Origin: Octopus bimaculoides
Taxonomy: Eukaryota
Direction: 5' to 3'
Assembly: GCF_001194135.2 (NCBI RefSeq)
Contig: NC_068987.1
Coordinates: 24,393,587 to 24,457,586 of the forward strand
Length of the DNA: 64,000 nucleotides
Shown: in pieces, positions 13,146 to 25,372 of the stretch
Layout of the letters: each line of letters starts with the position of its first letter
Numbering within the stretch: the first letter of the stretch is position 1
Notes under the pieces: generated by a model
What the model was told of the DNA's origin: nothing
Seen by the model: only the letters and a program-made list of their open reading frames with translations
Databases searched by the model: none
Program-made: the position numbers and the translations under genes

Positions 13146-13426
13146 AGCGAGATCGTTGCCAGTGCCCCTGGACTGGCTCTTGTGCGGGTGGCACATAAAA
13201 TACACCGTTTTGAGCGTGGCTGTTGCCAGTACTGCCTGACTGGCCTTCGTGCCGGTGGCACGTAAAAGCACCCACTACACTCTCTGAGTGGTTGGCATTA
13301 GGAAGGGCATCCAGCTGTAGAAACTCTGCCAAATTAGATTGGAGCCTGGTGTCACCTCCTGGTCCACCAGTCCTCAACCCATGGTAGCATGGAAAGCAGA
13401 CGTTAAACAACGATGATGATGATGAC
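13146..13426 (+). mobile_element. RTE LINE 3' end with (GAT)n tail and ~106-bp flanking duplication
   Basis: Near-identical to rc of 45541-45806. Flanked by 13015-13120 and 13427-13532 (3 mismatches). Confidence 0.88.
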
Positions 13427-13530
13427 ATTATTGTGACTGGAAGTGAAATAACTTCGCAAAATAAAAATTCTTTTTTTAAATAGCTTCTCTTAATCTTTTT
13501 CATTCTGTGGAACTTCCACAGATTCCACTA

Positions 13531-13566
<36 letters not shown>

Positions 13567-14463
13567 GAGTGTGTACATGTGTGCCAATGCATGAATCTCT
13601 CAAACCTTGAGTCACTCTGTTGCTTCTGCTATATATCAATATATACATATATGTTTAGAGAGGGAGAGAGAATGATGTTGATTATGAATATAAACAATAT
13701 GATTACGGGAAAATACATCAAGGAAGTAGTATATATTAACTTTGTATTGTAGATCACAATGTATGACGATCATTGTCATCATCATCAAACACCTGTTTTT
13801 CATGCTGGCATGGGTTTGACAGGAGCTGGGGAGCCATCCAAACTGCAATTGTCTGTTGTGGCATGGTTTCTATGGTTAGACGCCCTTCCTAATACCAACC
13901 ACCACACGGAGGGTGCTTCTTACATACCACCAGCATGACTGTGCTTACACAGCACTGGCACCTGTAAAGGACAAGCCTGTATATATGGAAGACTGATTTT
14001 ACTTAATGAATATTTCTATATAACTCTGAATCATCTAGCTTAATTTCTAATAGACATAGTTGTGTAGTTAAAAATTTCATTTGGCAACCTTCTGGTTTTG
14101 ATCCCATTGTGCACCATTCTGGTAATGTACTAAAGCTGATATAACTCACAAAAAATTCTTGGAAGCAGTGTCCCAGTACAGCCAGTCCAATAACTCAAAC
14201 CACTAAAGGAATTCATTATGTTTCTCTGCAAGAAATTCACAGCCAGGTATAAAAATGGTTCCCTAACCTGATCTAGTTGCACACAGAAGTTGACACTAGC
14301 AGCAATAAAATGCTCAAGAGATCTGCTGTTTGAAATCTCAGTCATAAAGACATGTAATATGATCTTAGATAAAATGCCCGAATAGAATTAGTGATATTAA
14401 AGTGTTGATAATGACAATGATTTTGGTGTAGGAAAATACATAACATTGATATAAATAAACAGA

Positions 14464-14473
14464 TTTATTTATT
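14464..14473 (-). terminator. Putative poly(A) signal of ZNF-2
   Basis: tatattttatAATAAATAAA on minus strand, homologous context to the other paralogs. Confidence 0.55.
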
Positions 14474-14601
14474 ATAAAATATATTATTACTTTTAAAAAA
14501 TATGGCACCACATATCATATAGCTTTGGGTTATCTTCAGTGTGGATATGTTGGTATTTAGCTGAATAACTTTTAGAAAATGTTTTCAAAGATATCACAGT
14601 G

Positions 14602-15684
14602 CTACGATGGTCTTTCTCCTGTGTGAATACGTATGTGGGAAGATAAACGACCCCTAGAAGAAAATGTTTCATCACAGATATCACAGTGGTATGGTTTTTC
14701 TCCGGTGTGGACACGTTTGTGTCGAGTTAAATTACGATTTGTAGAAAAGGTTTTACTACAAATATCACAATGGTATGGTCTCTCTCCTGTATGAATAGGT
14801 TTATGTTGAGATAAACTAGCATTCTGAGTGAACGTTTTACCACAGATATTACAATGGTAGGGTCTTTCTCCTGTGTGTGTACGTTTGTGGGTAGACAAAT
14901 GACTACTTGTAGAAAATTTTTTATCACAAATATCACACTGGTATGGTTTCTCACCAGTGTGAATACGTTTATGTTTAGATAAACCACTGCTCCGAGAAAA
15001 TGTTGTATCACAGATATCACAGTGATATGTTCGTCCTCCTGTGTGAATATGTTTATGCAAAGACAAATCAGCACTTTTGGAAAATATCTTACCACAGATA
15101 TCACAATGGTATGGCCTTCCTCCTGTGTGAATATGCTTGTGGGAAGACAAAGCATCCCTCCTAGAAAATGTTTTACCACAATGAACACACTGGTATGGAC
15201 TTTCTCCAGTGTGGATACGTTTGTGGTTATTCAAATGACCACTTCTAGAAAATGTTTCACCACAGACTTCACAGTGAAATGGTCTTTCTCCTGTGTGGAT
15301 AAATTTGTGGAAAGACAACTGACCACTTCTAGAAAATGTTTTACCACAGATATCACATTGATGTGGTCTTTTCCCAATTTGAATACAAACATGGGAAGAC
15401 AAATGATCTTTTGTAGAAAATGTTTCATCACAGACATAACACTGGTATAGTTTCTCTTCTGTGTGCATTTGTTTGTGGTTTGTTAGTAAACTGTTGCTGC
15501 TGAATCTTTTACCACAAACTTCACATTGGTTCAGCTGGGATACTGAGTGGATTAATTTATGTTGAATTAAATTCGTTTTTGTGTATAATTTTCCACATAT
15601 ATCACATGGATGTAATTCCTTTTCTGTATTTTCCTGTGTATCAGTAGATGAATCAACAGTTACTCGTTCTGCTTTCTTAGCCAT
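14602..15684 (-). CDS. C2H2 zinc-finger protein ZNF-2 (360 aa, 12 fingers)
   Basis: Intact ORF; closest paralog of ZNF-1, with finger-by-finger correspondence. Confidence 0.93.
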   Translation of the reverse strand: MAKKAERVTVDSSTDTQENTEKELHPCDICGKLYTKTNLIQHKLIHSVSQLNQCEVCGKRFSSNSLLTNHKQMHTEEKLYQCYVCDETFSTKDHLSSHVCIQIGKRPHQCDICGKTFSRSGQLSFHKFIHTGERPFHCEVCGETFSRSGHLNNHKRIHTGESPYQCVHCGKTFSRRDALSSHKHIHTGGRPYHCDICGKIFSKSADLSLHKHIHTGGRTYHCDICDTTFSRSSGLSKHKRIHTGEKPYQCDICDKKFSTSSHLSTHKRTHTGERPYHCNICGKTFTQNASLSQHKPIHTGERPYHCDICSKTFSTNRNLTRHKRVHTGEKPYHCDICDETFSSRGRLSSHIRIHTGERPS

Positions 15685-16403
15685 AATTTTATATTTTAGT
15701 CTTTATTTTCCTGTTTGCTGGTATTTCCTAAGCACTGATGATGTTTTGGCTAGTCAGAAAAAAAAACAAAAAAACAACTTCAAATAGTTTTATATAGATA
15801 GAATTTTGTAATTAATACCCAACTAAAAGACCATTATAATAGTTCCAATTATCGAATGCTTTGAATATCTTACTGGTTTAATTGTACAGAAAATATTTCT
15901 GTAAACATTGGTGTATTTTTGCAAATAATTTCATTTTCAAGGAAATACTGGACCAAGAGTTGTAGTAAGAGGCTGACTTCAGCTTGATGAAATTACATCT
16001 AGTCTTCAAAATTTGATTAAGATGTTGATCATTTTCAATGAAATTTTTTTTTCATCACAGTGTCATCAGATAACCTGAAATAAAAAGACAACATAAGACA
16101 TAAGGATCTACACAATGTTAACATGAACAATATTGGAGAGAGAATGCTTTACTATAAGAGTTAGACAGTAAATGGTTGATGATATTGTGAGGGTGAATGA
16201 AGACACACTTGGACACTATGTTGAGCTGTAGAGAATAGCTATAGTTATATATTCTACCTATTACAAGCAAATAAAAATGCATATCTACACTGGTAGATGC
16301 ACAATATGGTACTATGCTGAGTCCAACTTTAGTTCTCTCTTTATCCAGATGTATCTCAATCAATTCCTGAAGATAAAATTTGTCTTATATCAGACCTAAC
16401 CTT

Positions 16404-16810
16404 TTACTTGTTTCAGTCATTGGATTGTGGCCATGCTGGGCATTGCCGTGAAGGTTTTCTAGTTGAATGAATTGACCCCATTACTTTTTTTCTAAGCTTG
16501 GTACTTATGCTGTCAGTCTTATGCAAAACTGCTAAGTTATACAGATATAAACAAACTAACACCAGATGTCAAGTGGTGCAGGGGAAAAACACAAAGAAAA
16601 CACATATATTATATTCAGACAGGAACTGAAAGAAGCTTATCATATATAATATATATATATATGATGAGCTTCCTTCAGTTTCCATCAATCAAATCCACTC
16701 ACAAGTCTTTGGTTGGCTATAGAAGACACTTACCCAAGGTGCCATGCAGTGGAACTGACCCAGAAGTATGTAGTTGGCAAATAAGCTTACCAAATAACCA
16801 CCTCTGTACC
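16404..16810 (-). mobile_element. SINE type B (older copy)
   Basis: Homologous to the younger copy at 55855-56261. Confidence 0.75.
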
Positions 16811-17389
16811 TTTATGAGTTCAAACATGAAAATGTGATACTATATTTACCAACTATTAAAGTCTTGTCACAGAATTCTATGAAAAACTGTTCACATCTTA
16901 TTCAATACTTTCATTTAAAAGTATTGAATAATTAAAGTATCATCCAACTGCATTTCAACACTATACTAACCTAGCTCATCATCAATGTGATAACTTCTAT
17001 GATAGCTTATCTCCAAAATACTAACACCATTGAATACCATCCACACAGAATCGACACCAATAAGCCCTTCACAAGAGATCACAAGTATTTCAACTATCTA
17101 TAACATCAATTGTATTATTTCTGCATTACTATTAACCTCATTACATTCGCAAGACGGGGTTCTAGATATGACATTATGTACTTGCTGAAACTCAATTACA
17201 TTATCCCAATCGATATTATTGCATTGAGTCAAAAGTTTATTCAACTTACAACAAAAGCAGCATTCAAAATAGTTGTACTGTCTGAAGCCATCTTTGTGCT
17301 AGTTCTTTGATCCTATGCTAATACCAGTTCCTACCCTTTGAGGTGAAGTAATTCTTCACCGAAGCTTCCACCTTGTTTGATGAGCACAG

Positions 17390-17871
17390 GAAGTGAGCAA
17401 TAGATCAGAACAAGTAATAATCTGATGGAGATATTTTTCCACAATCCTATCATGCATAAGCAGTGGTTAAGCAAAGGTCAGCTCCTGGAACCTATTGCCA
17501 AACACAGGCGTTTTGAACAGTTGATGCCAACCTGTACTCTGAATAACTGGAGTCATTGTGTGGAAAAATACCTGGCATTGGTTAACAGAAAGCGAGCTCT
17601 TCTGCAGCAACACCTCGTATCGCTGGAAAAACCCCAAATAAACTCCAGGAACTTGAACGCGCTGAACTGATGCCACACCCAGCATATAGTCCGGATTATC
17701 ATTTTCAGTGAAGGAATCCTCTTCGAAGGATCTAAGAACTGGCAGAAAAGTGGCTTCAGACGGTGCAACGCAATGGCCTCTACTTTGAATGTTAGGTTGC
17801 TTTTGTTGTAACTTGATGGATAAAGCAAACAAGTTACCAAAACATTGCAAAACTCATGACTCAACACAATA
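17390..17871 (+). mobile_element. mariner transposase C-terminal fragment with right TIR
   Basis: NRKRALLQ.., MPHPAYSPD, GLYFEC* motifs; ends GACTCAACACAA|TA. Confidence 0.7.
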
Positions 17872-18090
17872 ATTGTCAATATGAAATCCAAAGGTGAAAT
17901 TAAAAACAAATATTAAAGACGTTTACACGAGCATATTTGATAACGGCGGCCTTGGTACTCGTCTGGTACTTTATTTTATCGACTCCAGAAGAATGAATGA
18001 CAACGTTGACTTCGATGGGATTTCAGTTCTGAACGCAATCTTTACTTTCCAATGATTATGCAATCCTTAATGACTAGAAATATATAGTAA

Positions 18091-18810
18091 TAAATGCCTT
18101 GGCGCTTCTTTAGAAGCGCACCTCTCCAAGAAAATGACGCCTAATTTATTAAAAAATTACGAAAATGGGAAATATATCCAAAATGAATGAAGTATGCATA
18201 AAATTAGGAAGATTCATCAATTTTTAAATATTCTATACTAAAAAATAAAACACGGAAAACAGGCATTAGCGAATATAAACAAACCTGTCAGACGATGTAT
18301 CAGATATTATTAATGATACGAGAGGCCCCACAATAACGTTTGCCAATTCTTGATAATTTTTAATCAGATTTTTCACTGCGCACACTGTTTAGGGTTAGGT
18401 GGTGTGGACTTGCTTTACCTTCGCCCATTTTATAATGTGATATTTCCCGTTCAGGCACAAAATTTGACATAATAGTATATATTAATTATAAACTGACTTT
18501 TAAGAAAAAAGATTGTGAAACGGTCTTCTTACAATTCGCAGACGATATTGTCGGGTCCCTTGTATCATTAATAATATCTGACTGGTAAAAGTAAGTTATC
18601 GTCCATGTTTGTTTATATTCGCGAGTGCCCGTTTTCCGTATATTATTTTTTAGTATAAAATATTTAAAAATAGATGAATCTTCCAATTTTTTTGTATGCT
18701 TCATTTATTTTGGATATATTTACCATTTTCGTAACTTTTTTTAACAAGTAATCGTCATTTTCTTGGAGAGGTGCACTTCCAAAGAAGTGCCAAAGTCTTA
18801 GAAGCATTTA
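18091..18810. mobile_element. Foldback MITE with ~200-bp imperfect inverted arms
   Basis: gcacctctccaagaaaatgacg..cgaatataaacaaac mirrored by gtttgtttatattcg..cgtcattttcttggagaggtgc. Confidence 0.8.
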
Positions 18811-18825
18811 AATGAGAAAAAAAAA

Positions 18826-19345
18826 CTGGCAAGACTCTCTTTGGTACCCCCCCCCCACACCAAACCAACCTTTAAAAACTTTTTTTTCTACACAAACCCC
18901 CGTTTCGGATACGGAGAATACGAATCTGCAAAAAAATTGGCAAAAATCGGCATTTTGAAATTAACTCCCACCCCCACTAAATTCTTCATTTAAAACTTTT
19001 TTCAGAATTTTTTTTCAAAATATGCGGAAAAATAGAGATTATGATTCTGAAGAAAAATTAAATTTCCAAAAATTTTTCTGGCTAGATGAGAGGGTTAGGA
19101 TTTTATGGTTGTGGTTAGGGTTTTAGGGTATAGGGTTAGGGTTGCGGTTTTAGGGTTAAGATTACGGAAAAAAGTGAAAAAAAAATTTAAAAAATGAAGA
19201 AATAGGGGGGGGAATTTCAAAATTTTGGCAATTTTCCGGAAACTCTGTATCCGAAAAGGTGGGTTTTGGGCAAAAAAAAAAAATAAATAAAAGATTTTAA
19301 AAACAATAATTTGCGATTAAATGGGGGGAGGGGGAGTCTTTCCAG
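18826..19345. mobile_element. Foldback MITE containing TTAGGG-like repeats
   Basis: Inverted ends ctggcaagactc / gagtctttccag, mirrored internal blocks, and degenerate (TTAGGG)n at 19092-19158. Confidence 0.65.
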
Positions 19346-20029
19346 AAAATTTTCACTTTCTGCAATTAGTATCGTTTCTTAAAAGTCAACCTCTTCTATT
19401 CATATCTTGTCAAGCAAATAAGTGACTTTTCTTAAAGTGTATAAATCAAGCACTTTATAGCGATTTACGTTGTTTAACATTTTATCATGTGACTATTAAA
19501 ATAATCCATTAAAACAAAAAGAAATTTTTTTCTGTTAAAATAAAAATCAGTAACAGATGCGCTGCATTAACCATTCTTTCTTTGCAAAGTATGCGAGTAA
19601 CCAGCGCTCAAAAGTCATATTGACCGCCTGAGCAAATGCACACAATTTTTAAGTGTGTATTTTTATGATCTTATTAATGAGATCATACGATGCGTTTCTT
19701 CAATGAAAGATTTGATAGCATCTTGAAAAACCTTATGCGTGTGTGCGCACACGCTCACAGCTGAGCAGGAACATTGGAGTAGGCAATTCGCAGAGGAATA
19801 CAAAATAATTACATGGGACATTAAAGAATAACAGAGATCAAAAATAATAGAGAGGGTCAAAGAATATGAAAATATAAAATACATTTCCTGTCAACTTGAT
19901 TAACTACATAGTTGCTGTGAAGAGCTAAATAAAAGCGGGATCTTGCAGGGAACAAAGCGTAGGTGAAGAAGTAATGTAAATAATTAGAGATTTTGTATAA
20001 AAGAATGTGTAAAACCTATATGAATGATA

Positions 20030-20323
20030 CTTACATAACAATGTAGATAAAATAATAAGAGATGTACTGAAGCAGTAAGACTTGAAATTGATGGGGACAT
20101 CGATAAATTGAGCGGAACTTTCACCTACTTCTTATAGTATATCTCTATTTTATTCTCGTGATTGATGAATGATCTCTTAAGTAAATTATACAAGTTAATT
20201 CATCATCACTGACACTGTAAATATATGTAAACAAAAAAAGAATACATCTATAATGTTTATAGGTTTAGCGAGTGATATACCGGAAGTATAATTTAGAAGA
20301 ACGTACCTCTAATCACTAAAGAG
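20030..20323 (-). promoter_or_regulatory. ZNF-2 5' cassette
   Basis: On minus: CTCTTTAGTGATTAGAG|GTACGT, ETS CCGGAAGT at 20280-20287 (plus), donor GTAAGTATCA at 20034. Confidence 0.72.
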
Positions 20324-20654
20324 CTCAGTTACCCCGTGAATTAATTTGGGTTTTTTAATTTCGGAGATATACGAATGAATATAAACTCAGTTTGTTTGTA
20401 TATAGATATAATGCAATGGTAATTAAAATGGTTTTCTTTTGCATACTTCATGGGCGCAAATACATGACAAATGAGTATTAGGGTTCTTACGAGCTAAGTC
20501 ATTTTTGTTTTGTACCATAAACCGCTACTCGTTAGCATGTCAACCCGGCAATGTTCCATAATTCAGAGTTTATATAAAGATCTTTATCCGTTACAGGAAA
20601 AAACCCCCCAAAAAAACCGCAGCCTGCTGGGTGTTAACAACTGTGTAGAAAACG

Positions 20655-21112
20655 AGGGGCTAATGCAGTTTCGCACCTCTCCTTGGAAAATGCTCTTTTT
20701 TGAAAATAATTTCGGATGTGTATATTTTAGATGTCGGAGATTACTAATATGCAATAGAAGACAAATTTTAAACCCCACCACCACTACTCCCCATTTAAAA
20801 CTGAACTTTTTCAAAAGTTTTTTTCCCCTATATTTTAGATGACGGAGATTCCGAATATGCAAGAAACCACGTTTTCAAAATTTTAAATTCAATAAGCATA
20901 TATATGTGTGTATAAAGAGATAGATATGAATGTCTTCCTGGGGCTAAAAACAACAGTAACACCGTCTTCTATAGGACTGCCACATTTAGTTGACAAATAT
21001 ATTTTATGAATAAACGGAGAGGGATAAATAGATAGACAAATAAATAAATGGATAAAAAAGTTCAAAATTTAAAATTGGGGGAGAGGGTGTAATTTGAGCC
21101 CCTTATTAAACT
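20655..21112. mobile_element. Dispersed ~430-bp repeat, copy 2 (inverted relative to 2945-3380)
   Basis: Reverse-complement match to copy 1. Confidence 0.75.
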
Positions 21113-21119
21113 TAGAAGC

Positions 21120-21667
21120 TGAATCCTCTCACCACTCTCACTTTCTTTACTCTGGAATATTACCATATCTCTCTATATATACTACTATGAGATCGTGTAC
21201 ACACATACAGGCCGAAATTAACTCTTTCTTCCTCGCATGCTTTTCCATTTACTAATTATACATACCAACCCGTCGTGGTTTTATATATATACAAAGTAAC
21301 AGTAAATAAATATCTCTTTACAACTTCAATCGCCGTCCATCTTTCACATCTTACAACATGCCATTGCAATAAATCTTTACCGTTACACCAGTACAAATGG
21401 GACAGGTCATACAATAGGAGAAACCAAGTTGTTTCCAAACCCTATGACATACCCATGTACTTCGAACAATCTATAATTTCAATGGATTGAAATGAATTTA
21501 AAGGAAAAAGAAACCTTACAAAAACTTAAAAAGAAGAAACAAAACTTCTTTTTTGAGCTACTTATCACATTTACTTTTACAATACAAGTTCGTGTATGAA
21601 ATTAATCTTTTTTCTACTTCAATTATTACGTTTTTTTTCTCTTATAAAATACACACCTACAGGAGGA

Positions 21668-21706
<39 letters not shown>

Positions 21707-22460
21707 AATCTTGCAGGCGTGAAGTGGATTCGATCCACTATACCCAAATTTGAATTAACACTGCGTCAGAACTTTTCCCGCGGTGGAACAACGGTTTTGA
21801 TCTGACAGCAGTTAGATATGTCCCAGACGCCTTTAGCTAGGCCGAAGCGGTGTCTCCACCACTTGACCCTTTCTGACCTCTTCTACTCCATAAAATCTAC
21901 AATAGAGATAACAAGACCGCCAGCTAAATCCTTTGCACTCACTATTCTTCTAGATAGCTATAAAAACAGGAGACCCCAAGCCAAAAGTTCAGTGGTCACT
22001 TGGCGACAACAGAGCGAAGCAACTCGTAACAAGTTAGGGAATAGACATCTACAGATATAGATTCAAGCAGGCAGCCCCTAAAAGACAAACGGCCAGAGGG
22101 AGAAAGAAGTTTACTGTCAGCCACTGTGAGACAACGTCGCACACCTTATAACTAATACGAGCTCGCATCCTTTTCTCTTTAACACTACCATCTCTCTCTA
22201 TATATAAATACTACTATGAGAAAGTGTACATACCTATACAGGCCAAAAATTCTTTACCTTGCATGCTTTACGTACAAACTGTTATACGATTACACTAACC
22301 TACCCGTCGTAGTATGGCAACTATCAAAGTAACGGTAAATAAAATATTTCTATAAAAATGTTGATCATCTTCATCGTTCATCTTATAACCTGTACAATTG
22401 GTAAATAATACTTATCGTTACAATGGGTGACACATCAACTACACAACACAAAAACTTAAA
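21120..22460 (+). repeat. Two diverged ~300-bp direct repeats around a GC-richer block (LTR-like, unclassified)
   Basis: 21120-21420 aligns to 22165-22460 (actactatgaga..gtgtaca..tacaggcc..cccgtcgt..caaagtaac.gtaaataaa). TATAAAA near 21960. Confidence 0.45.
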
Positions 22461-22488
22461 GCCGTTACATATATATACATATATATAT

Positions 22489-22537
<49 letters not shown>

Positions 22538-23029
22538 NNNNNNNNNNNNNNNNNNNNNNNNNNNNNNNNNNNNNNNNNNNNNNNNNNNNNNNNNNNNNNN
22601 NNNNNNNNNNNNNNNNNNNNNNNNNNNNNNNNNNNNNNNNNNNNNNNNNNNNNNNNNNNNNNNNNNNNNNNNNNNNNNNNNNNNNNNNNNNNNNNNNNNN
22701 NNNNNNNNNNNNNNNNNNNNNNNNNNNNNNNNNNNNNNNNNNNNNNNNNNNNNNNNNNNNNNNNNNNNNNNNNNNNNNNNNNNNNNNNNNNNNNNNNNNN
22801 NNNNNNNNNNNNNNNNNNNNNNNNNNNNNNNNNNNNNNNNNNNNNNNNNNNNNNNNNNNNNNNNNNNNNNNNNNNNNNNNNNNNNNNNNNNNNNNNNNNN
22901 NNNNNNNNNNNNNNNNNNNNNNNNNNNNNNNNNNNNNNNNNNNNNNNNNNNNNNNNNNNNNNNNNNNNNNNNNNNNNNNNNNNNNNNNNNNNNNNNNNNN
23001 NNNNNNNNNNNNNNNNNNNNNNNNNNNNN

Positions 23030-23560
23030 GTGTCGATGTAATCGACTAGCAGGCTTTCCTGAAATTGCTAGCCTTGTGTCAAAATTTGAAACCATTATTA
23101 AGCCGGCGAACTGGCAGAATCGTTAACACATCCGTCAAAATGCTTAGCGGCATTTCGTCCGTCTTTACGTTCTAAGTATAAATTCCAACGAGGTCGACTT
23201 TGCCTTACATCCTTTCGAGGTCGATAAAATAAGTACCAGTTGAGCCCTGGTGTCGATGTAATCGACTAGCAGGCTTTCCTGAAATTGCTAGCCTTGTGTC
23301 AAAATTTGAAACCATTATTAAGCCGGCGAACTGGCAGAATCGTTAACACATCCGTCAAAATGCTTAGCGGCATTTCTTCCGGCTTAAGTTCTGAGTTAGA
23401 ACTCCGCCGAGGTCAACGTTGCCTTCTATCGTATTAGGGTCGATAAAATAAGAATCAGTCGAGCACTGGTGTTGATGTGCCTATCTATAGTAGAAAGGAT
23501 TATTAAGGCAGCGAGCTGGTAGAATCGTTGGAACGTCAGGGGAAAAACGGCCTTGTGGTG
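23030..23560 (+). mobile_element. Head-to-tail chain of SINE type A copies
   Basis: Repeated tail-attatta|head junctions near 23098, 23318 and 23505. Confidence 0.8.
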
Positions 23561-23890
23561 TTTATTCTTGCTCTTAATACCGAGTTCAACTTGCTATCAT
23601 TTTGTATAGTGTTCTTGTTAGTATTACAATATATCATGTAACATGAAGTAAGCATTGTCCCAGCATAAACTTTTGTACTATAGAGTAAATGAGTAGCTAA
23701 TAGTGATGTCCTGTATGAGACATCTGTCTGTAACCCAAGAGTAAAGTTTGTGGGATTTCTATCCCACTGGTTCTAGAACTGAGGGAATACTGATCACGAC
23801 TGGGGTATTCGTTCAATAATTTTATATTTTTGTAACAAGCAAAGTGACTTGAATTCAGTAGATATCATAATCTTTGAAGAGCGACTTGCT

Positions 23891-25216
23891 CATGGTATTA
23901 GCTGTCAGAAGTGAAAGTAGAAAAATCTGACAAGGAACGTTATTGCTGGTTTGAGTTGATTCTTTGGCTACTGACTGGCCGGAGCTATCTGTCTACCTAT
24001 CTCTCTCTATCTATCTATCAATCACTCGTCCAACTTCGCTTGTTTCGTAGAATTTAAACAAATGAAGTTCAGTTTAAAGTTTATAAATTAATATATTTCA
24101 TTCCATGTCGAGTTTAAACTTTATAAATAAATATATTTTTGCATTATTCATTATTGTTTTTATAAACAAATCACATACACCCATCGACCCCACTAATGAC
24201 CAGCATCACCACCGCGCGTAATTCAAAGTTCTTCACTCTGAAATCAACACGTGTGAAAAAATTAGTTGAAGGTTTTTCACTATGACTTCTGCATACCCCA
24301 GTGTAAATGGAANNNNNNNNNNNNNNNNNNNNNNNNNNNNNNNNCCTCGTATGGAGCTAGCATGATGGAAGTAGCCTTTGTCGGATGGCGTGATATGGTC
24401 ATGTGGAAGGCCTTGTAGAAAAATGGTTTCGATTAGAAAAGGAACATTTCTAGAAAATAGTAAATTGAAGTGCGAACAAATTATTGATATATTATATTAT
24501 TGGGCAAAAGAAGATTTAGCAAAGGGAATATCCCAAGAATGTCGTTTGGCGAATGTAGCCGTCACAGATTGGAGAAATTTTTGCCGTGATATATGTGCAG
24601 AATATTATGTTGCACAAAACATTAAGCTCGGAGGGCCAAACCGAACTGTGGAGATAGATGAAAGTGCGTTTGTCAGAAGAAAGTACAATGTTGGCCATCG
24701 GGTTAAAACGCAGTGGGTGTTTGGTGCTTTGGAAAGGGATACAAGATGTGTTTTGGTGGCAGTGGAAGACCGGTCTGCAGACACTCTTTTAGAAATTATA
24801 CAAGAGCATATATTGCCTGGTACGACTATTCTTCGGAAAGTTATTGGAACAAATTCGACACCAATATCCATGTGCTTGAAACATTATAAGTATCACATTT
24901 ATTTTTAAACTTAAGTTCATTTGTTTTCTATTTTGATAAATTCTCTCTGTTGAAAATTATATTTTTTATATTTTAAATCATTTGCAATTTCAGAAAATAT
25001 ATTTTTATATTAAATTTGCGTTTTCTAATTTGATAAATTCTACGGACACAAACGAAGGTGGGCGAGTGATAGATAGATAGACAGACAGATAGATAGATAG
25101 ATAGGCAGACAGAGAGACAGATAGCTCCGGCCAGTCAGTAGCCAAAGAATCAACTCAAACCAGCAGTAACGTTCCTTTTCAGATTTTTCTACTTTCACTT
25201 CTGACAGCTAACCATG
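23891..25216 (+). mobile_element. Merlin (IS1595/ISXO2-like) DNA transposon, internally deleted
   Basis: ORF 24378-24908 with SIRKGTF, GGPNRTVEIDES, QWVFG.LER, RSADTLLEIIQEHILPGTTI, lacking the downstream catalytic region. ~180-bp inverted arms (23891-24065 vs 25030-25216). No TSD found. Confidence 0.88.
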
Positions 25217-25372
25217 ACAGTGCCGAAAATAAAAAAATATATTTACATATTCATACTCAATGAATGATTTCCTTAGCCCCAATTAAAACAGCGATAAGTC
25301 GTAAACACTAAAAATCACTGCTGGATTTACGAAAGTAAACAAAGCAACCTCGATGCATGGATCATTACCCTG

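Noticed and set aside
14570-14604. UAG stop read-through via A-to-I editing in ZNF-2 or ZNF-3
   Set aside because: The downstream frame gives only a few residues with a lost Cys (HCDIF) or no finger, so there would be no functional gain.
23030-23376. Identical 127-bp duplication (23030-23156 = 23250-23376)
   Set aside because: Abuts a gap and is 100% identical while neighbouring SINE bodies differ; likely a contig-edge artefact.
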